Positions 36,810 through 47,728 are shown, counted from the stretch's first letter. The stretch: 64,000 bases of DNA from Hadesarchaea archaeon (GCA_029259175.1 JAPDJH010000004.1:1-64000), one strand, 5' to 3'. Notes: generated by a model from the sequence alone, not told the origin. Made by a program: numbers and translations.

Positions 36810-37600
36810 CAGTCCACCCTCGGCAGGAAGAGTGTGCCCACTTCTTCCCCTTTCAAAATGGATTTCAGCACGTGGGGGTGCCGGCTGTGAGCGATCACAA
36901 CCGCGATCCCGGCCTCTGACGCCATGCGCGCGGCTTGAATCTTGGTAAACATTCCACCAAACTTTTTCGATGTCCTGAATGCCGTGCGCTCGAGCTGCGG
37001 CGTGACGCGCTCCACTAGAGAGAGACGCTTTCTTTCTCTTCCCCGTTTCACATAGACCCCGTCCACGTCGGAGAGCAACACCAACAAATCCGCTTTCGCT
37101 CCTTTGGCCACATAGGCCGAAAGCAAATCGTTGTCCCCTACCATTATCTCTTCAGTCGCCACCGTGTCGTTCTCGTTGATTATGGGCACCACGCCCCACC
37201 GGAGCAGAGTGGAGAGGGTGTTCTTGAAGTTTCTATATCGCGTAGCGTTTGTGAAGTCCTCCGCTGAAAGAAGCATCTGGGCCACCGGCTGTTTCCACCG
37301 ACTGAAAAAGCGCTCATACGTTTGCATGAGCAGACTCTGGCCCACAGCTGCAACCGCTTGAAGTTCCGAGAGTTTGCGAGGCCTCGAAACAATTCCCAAA
37401 CGCCCCATCCCGGCTCCTATTGCCCCGGACGTGACCACCAAAACCTCCCGCTTCAATCGCCGCACCTCCATGACATCGTTCACCAGCTTGGAGACCTTCT
37501 TGACATCGAGCTTTCCGTTAGTGGTAAGGCTCTTCGTTCCTATCTTCACGACCATACGTTTGACTGACTTCAAGCCGTCGCGATTCTGTAAGCACTTCAT
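36809..37600 (-). CDS. proB: Glutamate 5-kinase (no PUA domain)
   Basis: VVKIGT, TSGAIGAG, AAVGQ, PIINENDTV, GDND, GGMFTK. Confidence 0.95.
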   Translation of the reverse strand: MKCLQNRDGLKSVKRMVVKIGTKSLTTNGKLDVKKVSKLVNDVMEVRRLKREVLVVTSGAIGAGMGRLGIVSRPRKLSELQAVAAVGQSLLMQTYERFFSRWKQPVAQMLLSAEDFTNATRYRNFKNTLSTLLRWGVVPIINENDTVATEEIMVGDNDLLSAYVAKGAKADLLVLLSDVDGVYVKRGRERKRLSLVERVTPQLERTAFRTSKKFGGMFTKIQAARMASEAGIAVVIAHSRHPHVLKSILKGEEVGTLFLPRVD

Positions 37601-38787
37601 ATCTCGTCCACCTTCTCTAGCTGTTTCAAAACATTTTTCCTTATTTGGTCTGGCGAGGGCAATCGACCCACTATCTTACCCTTCCGGATAAGAGGTTTGA
37701 GCGCCTGAGTGGTCTTGTGCCCACACCGAGGACACGTGGGTGCTCTGGAACCTGCAGGCGTGAGCACAAAACACAAACAGCGTTCGCACCGCCAAACCCT
37801 TTTTCTACCGCTGAGCTTCCCGCGCTTGGCCTCTGGCCGGCCTTCGATCTCCACCAAATCCATTGCGAAGTCAACTGTAGGTGCGTTTGTTATGGACGTC
37901 CCAACACCAAAACCATCTGCCCCTGCGTTGCAGAGCTCGCGAATGTTTTGGTCGCTTATTCCTCCAGAAACGAAGATCTTGACTCTCGAGAAACCGCGCA
38001 GGTCGAGCTCCCATCGGACCTCGCGAACGATCTCAGCTAAGCTTCCCTTTCTTGATCCCGGTGTATCGAGTCTGACACCCGCAAGGCGGCGCCCAAGAGC
38101 CTCGGCTGCCATAAGGGCTTCGGCCTTCTCATCGAAACGGGTGTCCACCAAAGCTATTCGCGGAACGTCAGGCGGCATGATCTCGTCGAACGCCCGCCAG
38201 GCCTCGATCTGATTCCCGAAGCACAAAATCAGCGAGTGCGGCATAGTTCCCATGGGCTTTCGCTTTATGGTCTCTGCCCCGATAAGGCTCGAAACCCCAT
38301 CAAAACCACCGACATAGGAAGCACGGTCCAGCATCGGGGCCAGCGCCGGGTGAGCTCTCCGGATCCCGAAGGCCAGCAGCGTTTTGTCCCACGCCAGCTT
38401 TCTTATCCGAGCTGCCATCGTAGCCACGCCACTCGCCTGACACAACAGTCCAAGCAGAGGTGTCTCAAACTCGCAGTACTTCGCGTAGGGGCCTTCGATC
38501 ACAAGTACGGGGATCCGACGACCGCTGAAATCAAAGGGTCTGAAAATCGTGCCCTCCGGCATACAGTCCACATCCACTGGCAGACCTTCGAGCAAATGCG
38601 CGACCTCTTCCACTCCGCACAGAACCGCCCACGGCCACCCACGCGGAAGTGCTCCGCTCGTCACCTCTGCAAGTGCCCGGAGATTTTCCATTCCTTTGGC
38701 CTCTAAGACCTGTCTGGTCCGCACAAAGTAGACGTCGGTGGTTTTGCCGCTCTTGATATCAGCCTCGGACGCAACGTGAAACTTCAT
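37597..38787 (-). CDS. pncB: Nicotinate phosphoribosyltransferase
   Basis: TDVYF, FGIRR.HP, GTMPHS, LVDT, VRLDTPGSR, SGGI, FGVGT. Confidence 0.94.
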   Translation of the reverse strand: MKFHVASEADIKSGKTTDVYFVRTRQVLEAKGMENLRALAEVTSGALPRGWPWAVLCGVEEVAHLLEGLPVDVDCMPEGTIFRPFDFSGRRIPVLVIEGPYAKYCEFETPLLGLLCQASGVATMAARIRKLAWDKTLLAFGIRRAHPALAPMLDRASYVGGFDGVSSLIGAETIKRKPMGTMPHSLILCFGNQIEAWRAFDEIMPPDVPRIALVDTRFDEKAEALMAAEALGRRLAGVRLDTPGSRKGSLAEIVREVRWELDLRGFSRVKIFVSGGISDQNIRELCNAGADGFGVGTSITNAPTVDFAMDLVEIEGRPEAKRGKLSGRKRVWRCERCLCFVLTPAGSRAPTCPRCGHKTTQALKPLIRKGKIVGRLPSPDQIRKNVLKQLEKVDEI

Positions 38788-39326
38788 TGGGCTTCCCATT
38801 CCTGCATCAACTCCGTGGATTTTACTATTCTGGCTCCGTACAGTTGCTTCATTGTTTCAAGTGCTTGCCGATGGAGTTCGTCCTCTACAGCGGCCGTGCA
38901 GTCCTCTGGAACCGTTATCTCGTACCCTCGGAAGTGGGCGTCGGCGGCGGTGTGTTGAACACAGATGTTGGTAACCACACCCGTGAGAATCACCTCTCTT
39001 ATCCCTCGGTCCTGAAGAAATCCGTGCAATCCCGTTTCAAAGAACGCGCTATACGTGTGCTTCTTAAAAACGGCGTCTTCTGACTGAGGGCTCAGCTCGT
39101 CCACTATCTGCGCACCCTCGCTTCCTTCCATCGCGTGCTCCCCCCACACCCGGAGTTCCGGATCACCTGGTCTGTGGGCATCGCAGACATAGACCACGGG
39201 GTACCCCACGCGCCGGGCAGCTTCGAGCAACGCGCGTATGGTGGGGATTATCTGCCGGGCTCTCGGAGATCCGAACTTGCCCGTCACAAAATCCTTGATC
39301 ATGTCGATTACGAGAACGGCTTTCAT
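38784..39326 (-). CDS. pncA: Isochorismatase-family hydrolase, likely nicotinamidase
   Basis: VIDMIKDF, K.TYSAF, GVVTNICV; coupled to pncB. Confidence 0.85.
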   Translation of the reverse strand: MKAVLVIDMIKDFVTGKFGSPRARQIIPTIRALLEAARRVGYPVVYVCDAHRPGDPELRVWGEHAMEGSEGAQIVDELSPQSEDAVFKKHTYSAFFETGLHGFLQDRGIREVILTGVVTNICVQHTAADAHFRGYEITVPEDCTAAVEDELHRQALETMKQLYGARIVKSTELMQEWEAQ

Positions 39327-39388
39327 CCCGAACCCCATAATCATCAATTCTCACCACTAATAAACTCTCGTTAGTCTGGTGGATGGAA

Positions 39389-39928
39389 CTATTTCGTGCA
39401 CACGCAGAAAACGTCCTCGCTATCAGGAATATTTCCCGAGTCTTTGATTCGCAACTGTGCGCTGGTAGCTAAATTTCGAAGCGTGATGTGCGTATGCTTG
39501 CGTTTGAGAGATGTGAGCACCGCGAGCCCACCCTCTCTCAGCACGCGAGCAATCTCGTTTAGCACGCGCTCTGGAGAAGGCGCGTTCTGAATCACCGTTG
39601 CAGACACAACAACATCGAAACTTCCGTTGGTGAACGGAAGAGATTCGGCGTCGGCCAAAACGAGCCGTACCTCAGGTACGCGTTCGCGTGCAAGTCGGAT
39701 CATGCGCTCAGAAAAATCGATGCCTACCAACCTCGCGCTTAGTGGCCGAAGTAACTCCAGAAGAAGGCCTGATCCACAGCCAACATCCAAGACACTACCC
39801 ATTCGCCGCGGCAGATATCGGAGAATCCATCGGTGTTTGTACTTCTGAATGCTTTCATAGCGTCGATCATAAACCGATGCAGTCTCGTTGTAGAGCATCA
39901 TCAGCTCGCGTTTGCGCTCCACATCCAT
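39389..39928 (-). CDS. Class I SAM-dependent methyltransferase
   Basis: VLDVGCGSG, GIDFSERM, DAESLPF, SFDVV. Confidence 0.92.
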   Translation of the reverse strand: MDVERKRELMMLYNETASVYDRRYESIQKYKHRWILRYLPRRMGSVLDVGCGSGLLLELLRPLSARLVGIDFSERMIRLARERVPEVRLVLADAESLPFTNGSFDVVVSATVIQNAPSPERVLNEIARVLREGGLAVLTSLKRKHTHITLRNLATSAQLRIKDSGNIPDSEDVFCVCTK

Positions 39929-39973
39929 TCTTTTGGCGGGAGAGTTTTTAGACCCGAACTCCTACTAGCATTG

Positions 39974-41053
39974 ATGTGGTTGCGCCGCCGTGTGCTGAAG
40001 CTCAAAAAGAAAATGGAGCTGTTGGGATTGGACGCATTTGTCGTGGCAAAAAGCGGCTTCTACTTTTCGGGAACCACAGCATGCAAAATGGTTGTGATCC
40101 CATCGGACGGTGAGCCAATACTAATATGCAGTCGACTGGAACGGGAGCGCGCGGCGGCTGAGAGCTGGATAAAAGACGTTCGAGCGTTCTCGGCATGGAA
40201 AGCACCCTTGCGGAGCGGCGAGCGGGTGTACTTCATGAGGCCCCACGAACTGCTAGATTCCTGTTTGGAATCTATCGGAGCAAGATTCGTTGGATACGAA
40301 GGCCTTCCTTCTTCTACGGTGCGAGCCCTAAAAAAGACTGGCAAACGGAATTGCGTAGAGTTGTCCAAATGGGTTCAAGAGCTGAGAGCGATCAAAGATC
40401 CTAGTGAAATAAAACTGCTCCGAAAATCCGCGCAGATCGCCAGTAGAGGGATGCGCGCCGCTCTAGAGACCCTGCGCCCTGGCATAAGAGAGATCGATGT
40501 TGCCGCACAAGCAGAATATGAAATGCGAAAACGTGGAAGCACCGGAACTCCCTTTCCCACCATAGTCGCGTCCGGAAAAAACTCTGCACTGCCTCACGCC
40601 AGTGCTACCGAGAAAAAGATCAGAAGAGGAGAGCTCGTCGTAATCGACTTGGGCGCCACGTATAGGGGCTATGCCTCCGATTGTACCCGAACGTGGGGTG
40701 TGGGACTCTCTAAGAAACGGCTGCGGCTGGTAGAAATCGTTAAACGGGCACAGAAATCGGCTGTAGCTAGGCTCCGCGATGGAATGATGGTCAAAGAAAT
40801 CTGTGCCGCCGCGAATCAGGTGCTGAACCGAGCAGGCCTCCTTCGAGATTCGCTCCACGGACTCGGGCATGGTGTCGGAATAGAAATACACGAACTTCCC
40901 TCTCTCTATCCCGGATCTAAAGAAGTGTTGAAAAGCGGAATGGTGCTTACGGTAGAGCCCGGGGTGTATTGCCGGAACATCGGAGGTGCTCGTTGGGAAG
41001 ACATGTTTTTGATTAAAAAGAACGACGCCGAGCAACTCACGATGACTACTTAA
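39974..41053 (+). CDS. pepQ: Xaa-Pro dipeptidase/aminopeptidase (M24B)
   Basis: PHA, IDLGA..GYASDCTRT, HGLGHGVG.EIHE, VEPGVY, RWED. Confidence 0.92.
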   Translation: MWLRRRVLKLKKKMELLGLDAFVVAKSGFYFSGTTACKMVVIPSDGEPILICSRLERERAAAESWIKDVRAFSAWKAPLRSGERVYFMRPHELLDSCLESIGARFVGYEGLPSSTVRALKKTGKRNCVELSKWVQELRAIKDPSEIKLLRKSAQIASRGMRAALETLRPGIREIDVAAQAEYEMRKRGSTGTPFPTIVASGKNSALPHASATEKKIRRGELVVIDLGATYRGYASDCTRTWGVGLSKKRLRLVEIVKRAQKSAVARLRDGMMVKEICAAANQVLNRAGLLRDSLHGLGHGVGIEIHELPSLYPGSKEVLKSGMVLTVEPGVYCRNIGGARWEDMFLIKKNDAEQLTMTT

Positions 41054-41082
41054 GTCAGTGTACCATAGGGGCTGTGAGAAAA

Positions 41083-42513
41083 ATGGTTGGGCGATCACGC
41101 TGGCAAAACAATTTCAGCGAGTGGTTCAACGAGATAGTCCAAGTCGCGGAAATAATGGAGACCCGATATCCGGTCAAAGGACTCTACGTATGGTTGCCCT
41201 ACGGACTCAAACTGCGTAACCACGTGATTTCTGCGTTGAAGGAACTGCTCGAGCGAACCGGCCACCGAGAAGTCTTGTTTCCACTCCTGATTCCGGAAAA
41301 CCTGTTCAAAAAAGAAGCCGAGCACATCCGCGGATTCGAAGGACAGGTTTACTGGGTGACTCACGGCGGTCACGACCGATTGGACATCCGGCTGGCCCTC
41401 AGACCCACCTCCGAAACCGCAATGTACCCGATGTTCTCTCTCTGGATTCAATCCCACGCCGACCTGCCATTGAAAATCTACCAAGTGGTCAATGTGTTCC
41501 GTTATGAAACGAAAATGACCAAACCGCTCATCCGACTGCGCGAGGTCACCACCTTCAAGGAGGCACACACCGCCCACGCCACCGCCGAAGACGCCGAACG
41601 CCAGATCCGAGAAGCGATCCAGATCTACAAACAATTTTTCGACAGGCTCTGCATACCCTACATTATAACCAAGCGGCCCAGCTGGGACACTTTTGCCGGT
41701 GCTGTGTACTCCATTGCTTTCGACACGCTGGCACCAGACGGACGGACCCTCCAAATCGGAACCGTTCACAATTTGGGACAGAACTTCTCGAGGGTTTACG
41801 ACGTTCAGTACGAGCGCGTGGACGGCTCTTACGAGCACGTGTACCAGACGTGCTACGGAATTTCGGAGCGAGCTATCGCGGCCCTCATAATGGTGCACGG
41901 GGACGATATCGGGATGTGTCTGCCCCCAGAGTTCGCACCGATTCAGGTGGTCATCGTTCCGATCCCCTACAAGGACGTTCAAGCTCCAATCGAGCAAACG
42001 TGCACCGAAATATATGAAAGGCTCAAGCAAGCGGGTCTAAGGGTCGAGCTCGATCTCCGAGATCTGAGACCAGGAAACAAGTACTATTACTGGGAGCGTC
42101 GCGGAGTGCCACTCCGAATAGAACTCGGCCCTACCGACCACGCAAATCAGAGGGTGACTGCCGTGCGCAGGGACACTGGCGAACGAATCCACGTCCCGCT
42201 TGACCGGGTGGCGGAGCGAGTACCCCAATTATTGAGAGAGATCGAAACGAGCATGAGAAGGCGTGCGTGGGAAGAATTCCGGAAAAGAATAAAAACAATT
42301 GCCAGTGTGGACGAACTCCAAAACGCAATTCACAACCGAAACGTGGGCAGGGTTCCGTGGTGCGGCAATGAGAAGTGCGGCTTGGAAATCGAGGAAAGAG
42401 TAGAGGGAAGTGTGCTGGGCGAAGAACTCTTCACTGAAGCCCCGAAAAACCGTTCGTGTGTGGTGTGCTTCCAGCAAGCAAACAAATGGCTCGTGGTCGC
42501 GCGGACCTATTGA
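41083..42513 (+). CDS. proS: Prolyl-tRNA synthetase (archaeal type)
   Basis: LRPTSET, FRYETK, QIGTVH.LGQNFS, YGISER, C-terminal ARTY. Confidence 0.97.
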   Translation: MVGRSRWQNNFSEWFNEIVQVAEIMETRYPVKGLYVWLPYGLKLRNHVISALKELLERTGHREVLFPLLIPENLFKKEAEHIRGFEGQVYWVTHGGHDRLDIRLALRPTSETAMYPMFSLWIQSHADLPLKIYQVVNVFRYETKMTKPLIRLREVTTFKEAHTAHATAEDAERQIREAIQIYKQFFDRLCIPYIITKRPSWDTFAGAVYSIAFDTLAPDGRTLQIGTVHNLGQNFSRVYDVQYERVDGSYEHVYQTCYGISERAIAALIMVHGDDIGMCLPPEFAPIQVVIVPIPYKDVQAPIEQTCTEIYERLKQAGLRVELDLRDLRPGNKYYYWERRGVPLRIELGPTDHANQRVTAVRRDTGERIHVPLDRVAERVPQLLREIETSMRRRAWEEFRKRIKTIASVDELQNAIHNRNVGRVPWCGNEKCGLEIEERVEGSVLGEELFTEAPKNRSCVVCFQQANKWLVVARTY

Positions 42514-43391
42514 ATTTGCTTCATGGCTTCCAACACTTCTGTTTCTGACGGAAAGCCGACAGGCCCTCGGTACCGGATCTTGAGCCCCGCTGAGGCAGAT
42601 GCGAATCGAGCAGCGTCAACGGCATCGCGCGTGCTGAGATAGCGGCACAAAAACGCTGCACCAAACACGTCACCGGCACCCGTGACATCGAAAACGGGAA
42701 CCTCCAGCGTTTTTACTTCCACGACTCGATCATCGCACAAAATCAATACCGGATCCTTGCCGCGTGTGATTATCACTATCTGCGGTCCGGCCTTCCTGAA
42801 TTCCTCCATGGCTTTCTCAACATCCGCCCCGAGAATGTTTATTTCTTCCAGTCCGACTTTCACCACATCGCAGTGCTTCAAGTAGGGTGAAAGATCTCTC
42901 GGCTTCACTTCCACCTTTCCATCTGCTCCTATCTCGCGGAGCACACCCTGAGGGTCAAACATCACCACCCCGCCCTGAGCCTTCAAATGGGCTAAGAGTT
43001 CTGGCGAGACCTCACCCGCTATGGGTGAAACATAGAATCCGGACGCGTCCAGGTAATCGGCGGGGATGTCCTGCTGTGTGATGGGGGGTGCGATGTGGCG
43101 GCAGACTTGAGTGCGCCGCCCCTGTTCGTCGTAGGTGTTCTCAAAGGTCGTGGTGTGTTCGCCCACGACCACCATCCCTTTGGTGTCCAGCCCCAACTTG
43201 CTGTAAATAGGCGGGAAGAGTTCGACAAAGTCCCTGCCGACCTTGCTGACCAATCCAACGCTCCGGCGCAGGTTTACCGCCGCCAGCCCCGCATAAGTGG
43301 GGGCGCCGCCGAGCACATTCTCTATTGTGCCCCACGGGAAGCGGTTGTGGTCGACTGCCACATGGCCGATGACTATGAGATCAAACGCCAT
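42507..43391 (-). CDS. PfkB-family sugar kinase, possibly myo-inositol kinase
   Basis: GGAPTY, DVTGAGDVFGAAF; downstream of ino1. Confidence 0.88.
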   Translation of the reverse strand: MAFDLIVIGHVAVDHNRFPWGTIENVLGGAPTYAGLAAVNLRRSVGLVSKVGRDFVELFPPIYSKLGLDTKGMVVVGEHTTTFENTYDEQGRRTQVCRHIAPPITQQDIPADYLDASGFYVSPIAGEVSPELLAHLKAQGGVVMFDPQGVLREIGADGKVEVKPRDLSPYLKHCDVVKVGLEEINILGADVEKAMEEFRKAGPQIVIITRGKDPVLILCDDRVVEVKTLEVPVFDVTGAGDVFGAAFLCRYLSTRDAVDAARFASASAGLKIRYRGPVGFPSETEVLEAMKQIQ

Positions 43392-43392
43392 G

Positions 43393-44466
43393 TCACCGCT
43401 CTCGCTTGCCCTCTATAAACTCTTCCACCATCCGCCTCGCTTCCGTGTCTGGGATCTGAACCGGCGGATGCTTGAAGCAGTACGCTGAGATGCTCGTCAG
43501 CGGTCCGGCGATTTTTCGATCGAGTGCCAGCTTCACGGCACGTATGGCATCAATTACCACTCCGGCACTGTTGGGAGAGTCCTCGACCGATAACTTCACG
43601 TCTAGGTAGAGAGGAACATCTCCGAACTTTCGCCCCTTGATATAGATGTAGCAGATCTTGCGGTCGTTAAGGAAGGGCACGTAATCGCTGGGACCAATCC
43701 GCAACGGCACCTCATAGGGTATCTGGCTTGCCACTGCCTCCGTTTTGCTTATTCGCTTGGAGCTCAGGCGTTCTTCCTCAAGCATGTTGAGAAAATCGGT
43801 GTTGCCCCCAATGTTTAGCTGATAGCTCTCCTCCACCTGCACTCCGCGGTCTATGAGAAGTTTGGTTAGGGTACGATGCAAAATGGTGGCCCCCACTTGC
43901 GACTTTATGTCGTCCCCCGCACACGGCAGACCTGCATCTTCAAATCGCTTTGCCCACTCCTTGTCCGAAACTATGAACTCAGGAATACAGTTTACGAACG
44001 CACAACCGGCTTTGAGGGCTTGCTCGGCATAGAAGCGGGTGCCGTTATAGCTCCCGACCGGCAGGTAATTGATCAGGATCTCGGCTCCGCTGTCCTCGAG
44101 TACCTTGGCAACATCTACTGGTTTCTTGGTCGTGTCCACTTGAATGACGGGTTTGAGATACTTGCCGAGACCGTCCAAGACTGGAGCCTGTTGGACTTCA
44201 ACGTCCAGCTTTGGTACGTCGCTGAACTTGATCGTGCAGTTCGGCGGAGTGAAGATAGCCTCGGCCAAATCCTTGCCCACTTTGTTGGCGTCCACATCGA
44301 AGGCCGCCACGAATTCGATGTCCCGGATGTGGTATCCGCCGAAGTTTACGTGCATCAGGCCTGGAATGAACTGATCCTCGCGCGCGTCCTTGTAGTACTC
44401 CACCCCCTGAACCAGCGAGGACGCACAGTTCCCAACTCCAGCTATCGCTACTCTGATCTTTCCCAT
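43393..44466 (-). CDS. ino1: myo-Inositol-1-phosphate synthase
   Basis: [49 protein letters not shown]; start ATG 44466. Confidence 0.97.
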   Translation of the reverse strand: MGKIRVAIAGVGNCASSLVQGVEYYKDAREDQFIPGLMHVNFGGYHIRDIEFVAAFDVDANKVGKDLAEAIFTPPNCTIKFSDVPKLDVEVQQAPVLDGLGKYLKPVIQVDTTKKPVDVAKVLEDSGAEILINYLPVGSYNGTRFYAEQALKAGCAFVNCIPEFIVSDKEWAKRFEDAGLPCAGDDIKSQVGATILHRTLTKLLIDRGVQVEESYQLNIGGNTDFLNMLEEERLSSKRISKTEAVASQIPYEVPLRIGPSDYVPFLNDRKICYIYIKGRKFGDVPLYLDVKLSVEDSPNSAGVVIDAIRAVKLALDRKIAGPLTSISAYCFKHPPVQIPDTEARRMVEEFIEGKRER

Positions 44467-44570
44467 CGAAATCACCTTCCAATATCTAAAGTAATTCCTT
44501 ATGATAAAACACGCAGATATTTTTAAGGATTCGCCCCTTTCGTCAGATAGCCGAATTTGGTCCGGGTCCA

Positions 44571-44984
44571 TTACGCCGAGGGGGCAGTCATGGTCGCGGC
44601 CCACGCTTCAGCAGACGTTGGGCTTGCTGCTCCACCGACCGCCGATGCCCACATGTCTCCAGGATAGGTGCCGGTTCCAAATAGTGCACCAGACCAACTG
44701 TCTATCTCTGTAGAAGGCGTCACTGAAGGTGCTACGCTTGGCCCGGGTGCCGTGAGAACCCAAGCACCAATAGCAGCTATTCCAATGATGATCACAGCGG
44801 CCGCAACCCAAGGAAGCCTCTCACTCATCTTGCTCCTCCTCTCCCGCCTGATTTCTTCTTCTACTATTTTTTTCGGTGCCCGAACCCGCTTCGGAGTATA
44901 GTCCAGCCTTACCTTGCACCTCGGGCACTCGCGAGGGTTGGGCACCCGGGGCTTCCACTCATAACCGCAACGAGGGCACTTCAT
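44571..44984 (-). CDS. Zn-ribbon + single-TM hypothetical protein
   Basis: CPRCG...CPRC, central TM, Ser/Thr/Ala-rich tail. Confidence 0.65.
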   Translation of the reverse strand: MKCPRCGYEWKPRVPNPRECPRCKVRLDYTPKRVRAPKKIVEEEIRRERRSKMSERLPWVAAAVIIIGIAAIGAWVLTAPGPSVAPSVTPSTEIDSWSGALFGTGTYPGDMWASAVGGAASPTSAEAWAATMTAPSA

Positions 44985-45021
44985 CGGTACATCTTTTCAC
45001 TCTACCATAAAAAAATTTTTT

Positions 45022-45600
45022 CTATGCTAGCCTTCGCTTTGCCACCGCCAATCGATGGATGACGGTGATATGAGACAATGCTGCAACTATTACCAAAGCG
45101 TAACCTATCAAACCGATTAGGCCCCCAAAAGCCAAAATCAGCAGACGCTCGCCACGTTCGGCCACACCCACATCCAGTCTATCTGCGCCAGCCGCTTCAG
45201 CTCGCGCTCTCACATAACTCACAAGCAAGCTACCGGAAAGAGCGAGAAATCCCCACACCCAGCCGGACAATCCAAGAATCTCCGGTGGACCTCCCCACAC
45301 GATGCCCGCGATCACGAAGAAATCCACGTAGCGATCAACCGTGGAATCCAAAACCCCTCCAAAGCGTGTCACTTGGCCAGAAATTCGAGCTACAGCACCA
45401 TCTATGGCGTCTAGCCCTCCACACAAAAGCAGAAAAACTGCTCCCAATGCGTGATTTCCTTGGGCAAACAACAATGCGGAGATCGTCCCAGTTACTAGCC
45501 CTAGAAAGGTGAGCGAATCGGGAGAAATTCCGACTTTGGCCACCTTCTCGGCCACAGGGGTTGTGAGTTTTTCTGCTCGTTCACGTAACCGGCTCAGCAC
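45022..45600 (-). CDS. pgsA: CDP-alcohol phosphatidyltransferase (archaetidylinositol phosphate synthase-like)
   Basis: DAIDGAVAR...FGGVLDSTVDRYVD, SYVRARAE, ERGER; GTG 45600. Confidence 0.9.
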   Translation of the reverse strand: MLSRLRERAEKLTTPVAEKVAKVGISPDSLTFLGLVTGTISALLFAQGNHALGAVFLLLCGGLDAIDGAVARISGQVTRFGGVLDSTVDRYVDFFVIAGIVWGGPPEILGLSGWVWGFLALSGSLLVSYVRARAEAAGADRLDVGVAERGERLLILAFGGLIGLIGYALVIVAALSHITVIHRLAVAKRRLA

Positions 45601-45640
45601 GCCAATCCACAACTTCTTTTTTGACCACAACATAAGAGTT

Positions 45641-46483
45641 ATGGAGAGCATGATATGGCTGGGACCTGCAGGAGTTCCGGTGACTTCTAAAGACCGAAGC
45701 ACGGCTGGAGGCCTGCTACGGGTTAAAGAACTGGGGCTCAACGCCATGGAAGTGGAGTTCGTCAGAGGGGTTACTCTAAGTGTTGAAGCTGCGCGAGAAG
45801 TCGGCAAGATCGCGAAAAAGCTGAAAATCAAACTTTCGGTTCACTGTCCCTACTTCATCAACCTCTGCTCACCCGAGAAAAAGAAAGTGGAAGCTTCAAA
45901 AAAACGCATTATAGAATCTGCAAGGCGTGCTTCAGCCATGGGAGCTGATATCGTTGTCTTCCATCCGGGCTACTACGGAAAACTCTCTCCCGAAGAGGCG
46001 TACGAGTTGGTGAAGAGTGCTGATGAGGACATGGTTGATCGTCTGAGAGGCGAAGGTATTCGAAAGGTTAAGCTGGGACACGAGACCACAGGAAAACTCA
46101 GTGCTTTTGGGACTCTAGATGAAATTGTGCGATTGTGTCGGGAAGTTCCGCAAAGCGTTCCAGTTGTGGATTTTGCCCACATCTACGCGCGCCAAGGCGG
46201 AAAAATCGATTATGAAAAAATTTTTGAAAAGCTTAAGCCCTTGAAACTGAAACACCTGCACGCCCACTTCACGTCGATGGAGTGGACCCCTGCAAAAAAC
46301 GGAAAGGGGGGGAATGAGCGGCGACACCTGCCTCTGAAAGTCGGAAAACCTCCCTTCAAGCCCTTGGCACGAGAAATCCTGAAGCGAAAGATAAACATCA
46401 CTATAATCTCCGAATCTCCGGTGCTGGAGCTCGACTCTTTAGAGATGAAAAAGATTTTCGAAAAGCTAGGTTATCGGTTTTAG
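45641..46483 (+). CDS. nfo: Endonuclease IV-like TIM-barrel protein
   Basis: GPAGVP, HCPYFINL, VFHPG, ETTGK, DFAHIYAR, HAHF, ESP. Confidence 0.88.
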   Translation: MESMIWLGPAGVPVTSKDRSTAGGLLRVKELGLNAMEVEFVRGVTLSVEAAREVGKIAKKLKIKLSVHCPYFINLCSPEKKKVEASKKRIIESARRASAMGADIVVFHPGYYGKLSPEEAYELVKSADEDMVDRLRGEGIRKVKLGHETTGKLSAFGTLDEIVRLCREVPQSVPVVDFAHIYARQGGKIDYEKIFEKLKPLKLKHLHAHFTSMEWTPAKNGKGGNERRHLPLKVGKPPFKPLAREILKRKINITIISESPVLELDSLEMKKIFEKLGYRF

Positions 46484-47728
46484 TTTCTTGATCGCTTTCT
46501 CAACGCCCATCTGTTCTTGCTTCCCCGACTTCATATCCCGGAGCACCACACGCCCAGCCGCTCGCTCCGCCGGGCCTATGAGCACCACGTAAGATACGCC
46601 GAGCGCGTTCGCGTGGGCGAGGGATTTCGCGAGCTTTCGATCGGCGAGCTCTAATTCAGTGGAGATGCCTTGGCGTCGGAAGTCCAATGCTATTCTAAAG
46701 GCCTCTGGAACGTCTTCTCCCGTAACGGGGATCACCATCACTTTTGGTTCCGTGGAAAACGACAGAGATTTCGATTCTAGAACCAGCTTGGCCAAACGAT
46801 CGACGCCGAACCCCACGCCTGTGGCGGGGGTGGGGGGTCCGCCTAGCGTTTCAACGAGAGTATCATAACGTCCCCCGCCAGCGACCTGCACCCCCCGCAC
46901 GTAGATCTCAAAAACCACTCCGGTGTAGTAATCGAGCCCGCGCGCTATGCTCAAATCGACGCTGAACGGTATTTTCAAAGAGCGCAAGAAATTCAGGATT
47001 CGAGCAAAGTCCTGCAGAGAAGACCTGTCGACAAAAGTTGACGGAAGTTCCTCCAGGACATCCGGTGTGCCCTTGGTGGAAAACACCTTTTTGAGTTCTT
47101 GGGCTCTGTCACTGCTCATGCCCGCCCGCTTCAGTTCACGGTCAATGCGCTCTTCATCTTTAGAATCTACGGCGCGGAGGATTGGATCTTGGTCTCTTTC
47201 TTGAACTCCCGATGCCCTGAGGGCCCTGCGAAGGATGTCCACGTTGCCTATTCGTAGATCCCAAGAGGAGAACCCCAATTCCCTCATTGCTTCAGTAGCG
47301 GTAAGGATCACTTCAACATCGCACGCGGGGTTGCTGCTCCCTATCACTTCGGCCCCGGCTTGGTAGAACTGTCTCCACCGGAAGGCTTGGGGCTCCTCAT
47401 AGCGGAAGCAGTGCCCAAAGTAGCAGAGCTTGAGTGGTTTTGGTGCGGACTTGAGATGCTGAGCATAGAGCCGGATCACGGGCGCTGTGAGCTCCGGTCT
47501 CAGGGCCAGATCGCGGCCGGATTTGTCTCTGAACGCGTAGAGCTGTTTAACCACCTCGCTGCCGCTCTTGCGTGTAAACAAGTCCAAATGTTCAAACATG
47601 GGTGTCTCGACCTCCTGATATCCGAATCTTTGAAACACTGAAGCGAGAGTTTTGGTGACCCCGCGTATGCTATTCAGTTCCTCTCCCATGAGGTCCCGAG
47701 TTCCTCGAGGGGTCTGAAAATCAGTCAA
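46466..47728 (-). CDS. hisS: Histidyl-tRNA synthetase
   Basis: PRGTRD, LRPELTAP, FRYEEPQ, ARGLDYYTG, GGGRYD. Confidence 0.97.
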   Translation of the reverse strand: MTDFQTPRGTRDLMGEELNSIRGVTKTLASVFQRFGYQEVETPMFEHLDLFTRKSGSEVVKQLYAFRDKSGRDLALRPELTAPVIRLYAQHLKSAPKPLKLCYFGHCFRYEEPQAFRWRQFYQAGAEVIGSSNPACDVEVILTATEAMRELGFSSWDLRIGNVDILRRALRASGVQERDQDPILRAVDSKDEERIDRELKRAGMSSDRAQELKKVFSTKGTPDVLEELPSTFVDRSSLQDFARILNFLRSLKIPFSVDLSIARGLDYYTGVVFEIYVRGVQVAGGGRYDTLVETLGGPPTPATGVGFGVDRLAKLVLESKSLSFSTEPKVMVIPVTGEDVPEAFRIALDFRRQGISTELELADRKLAKSLAHANALGVSYVVLIGPAERAAGRVVLRDMKSGKQEQMGVEKAIKKLKPIT

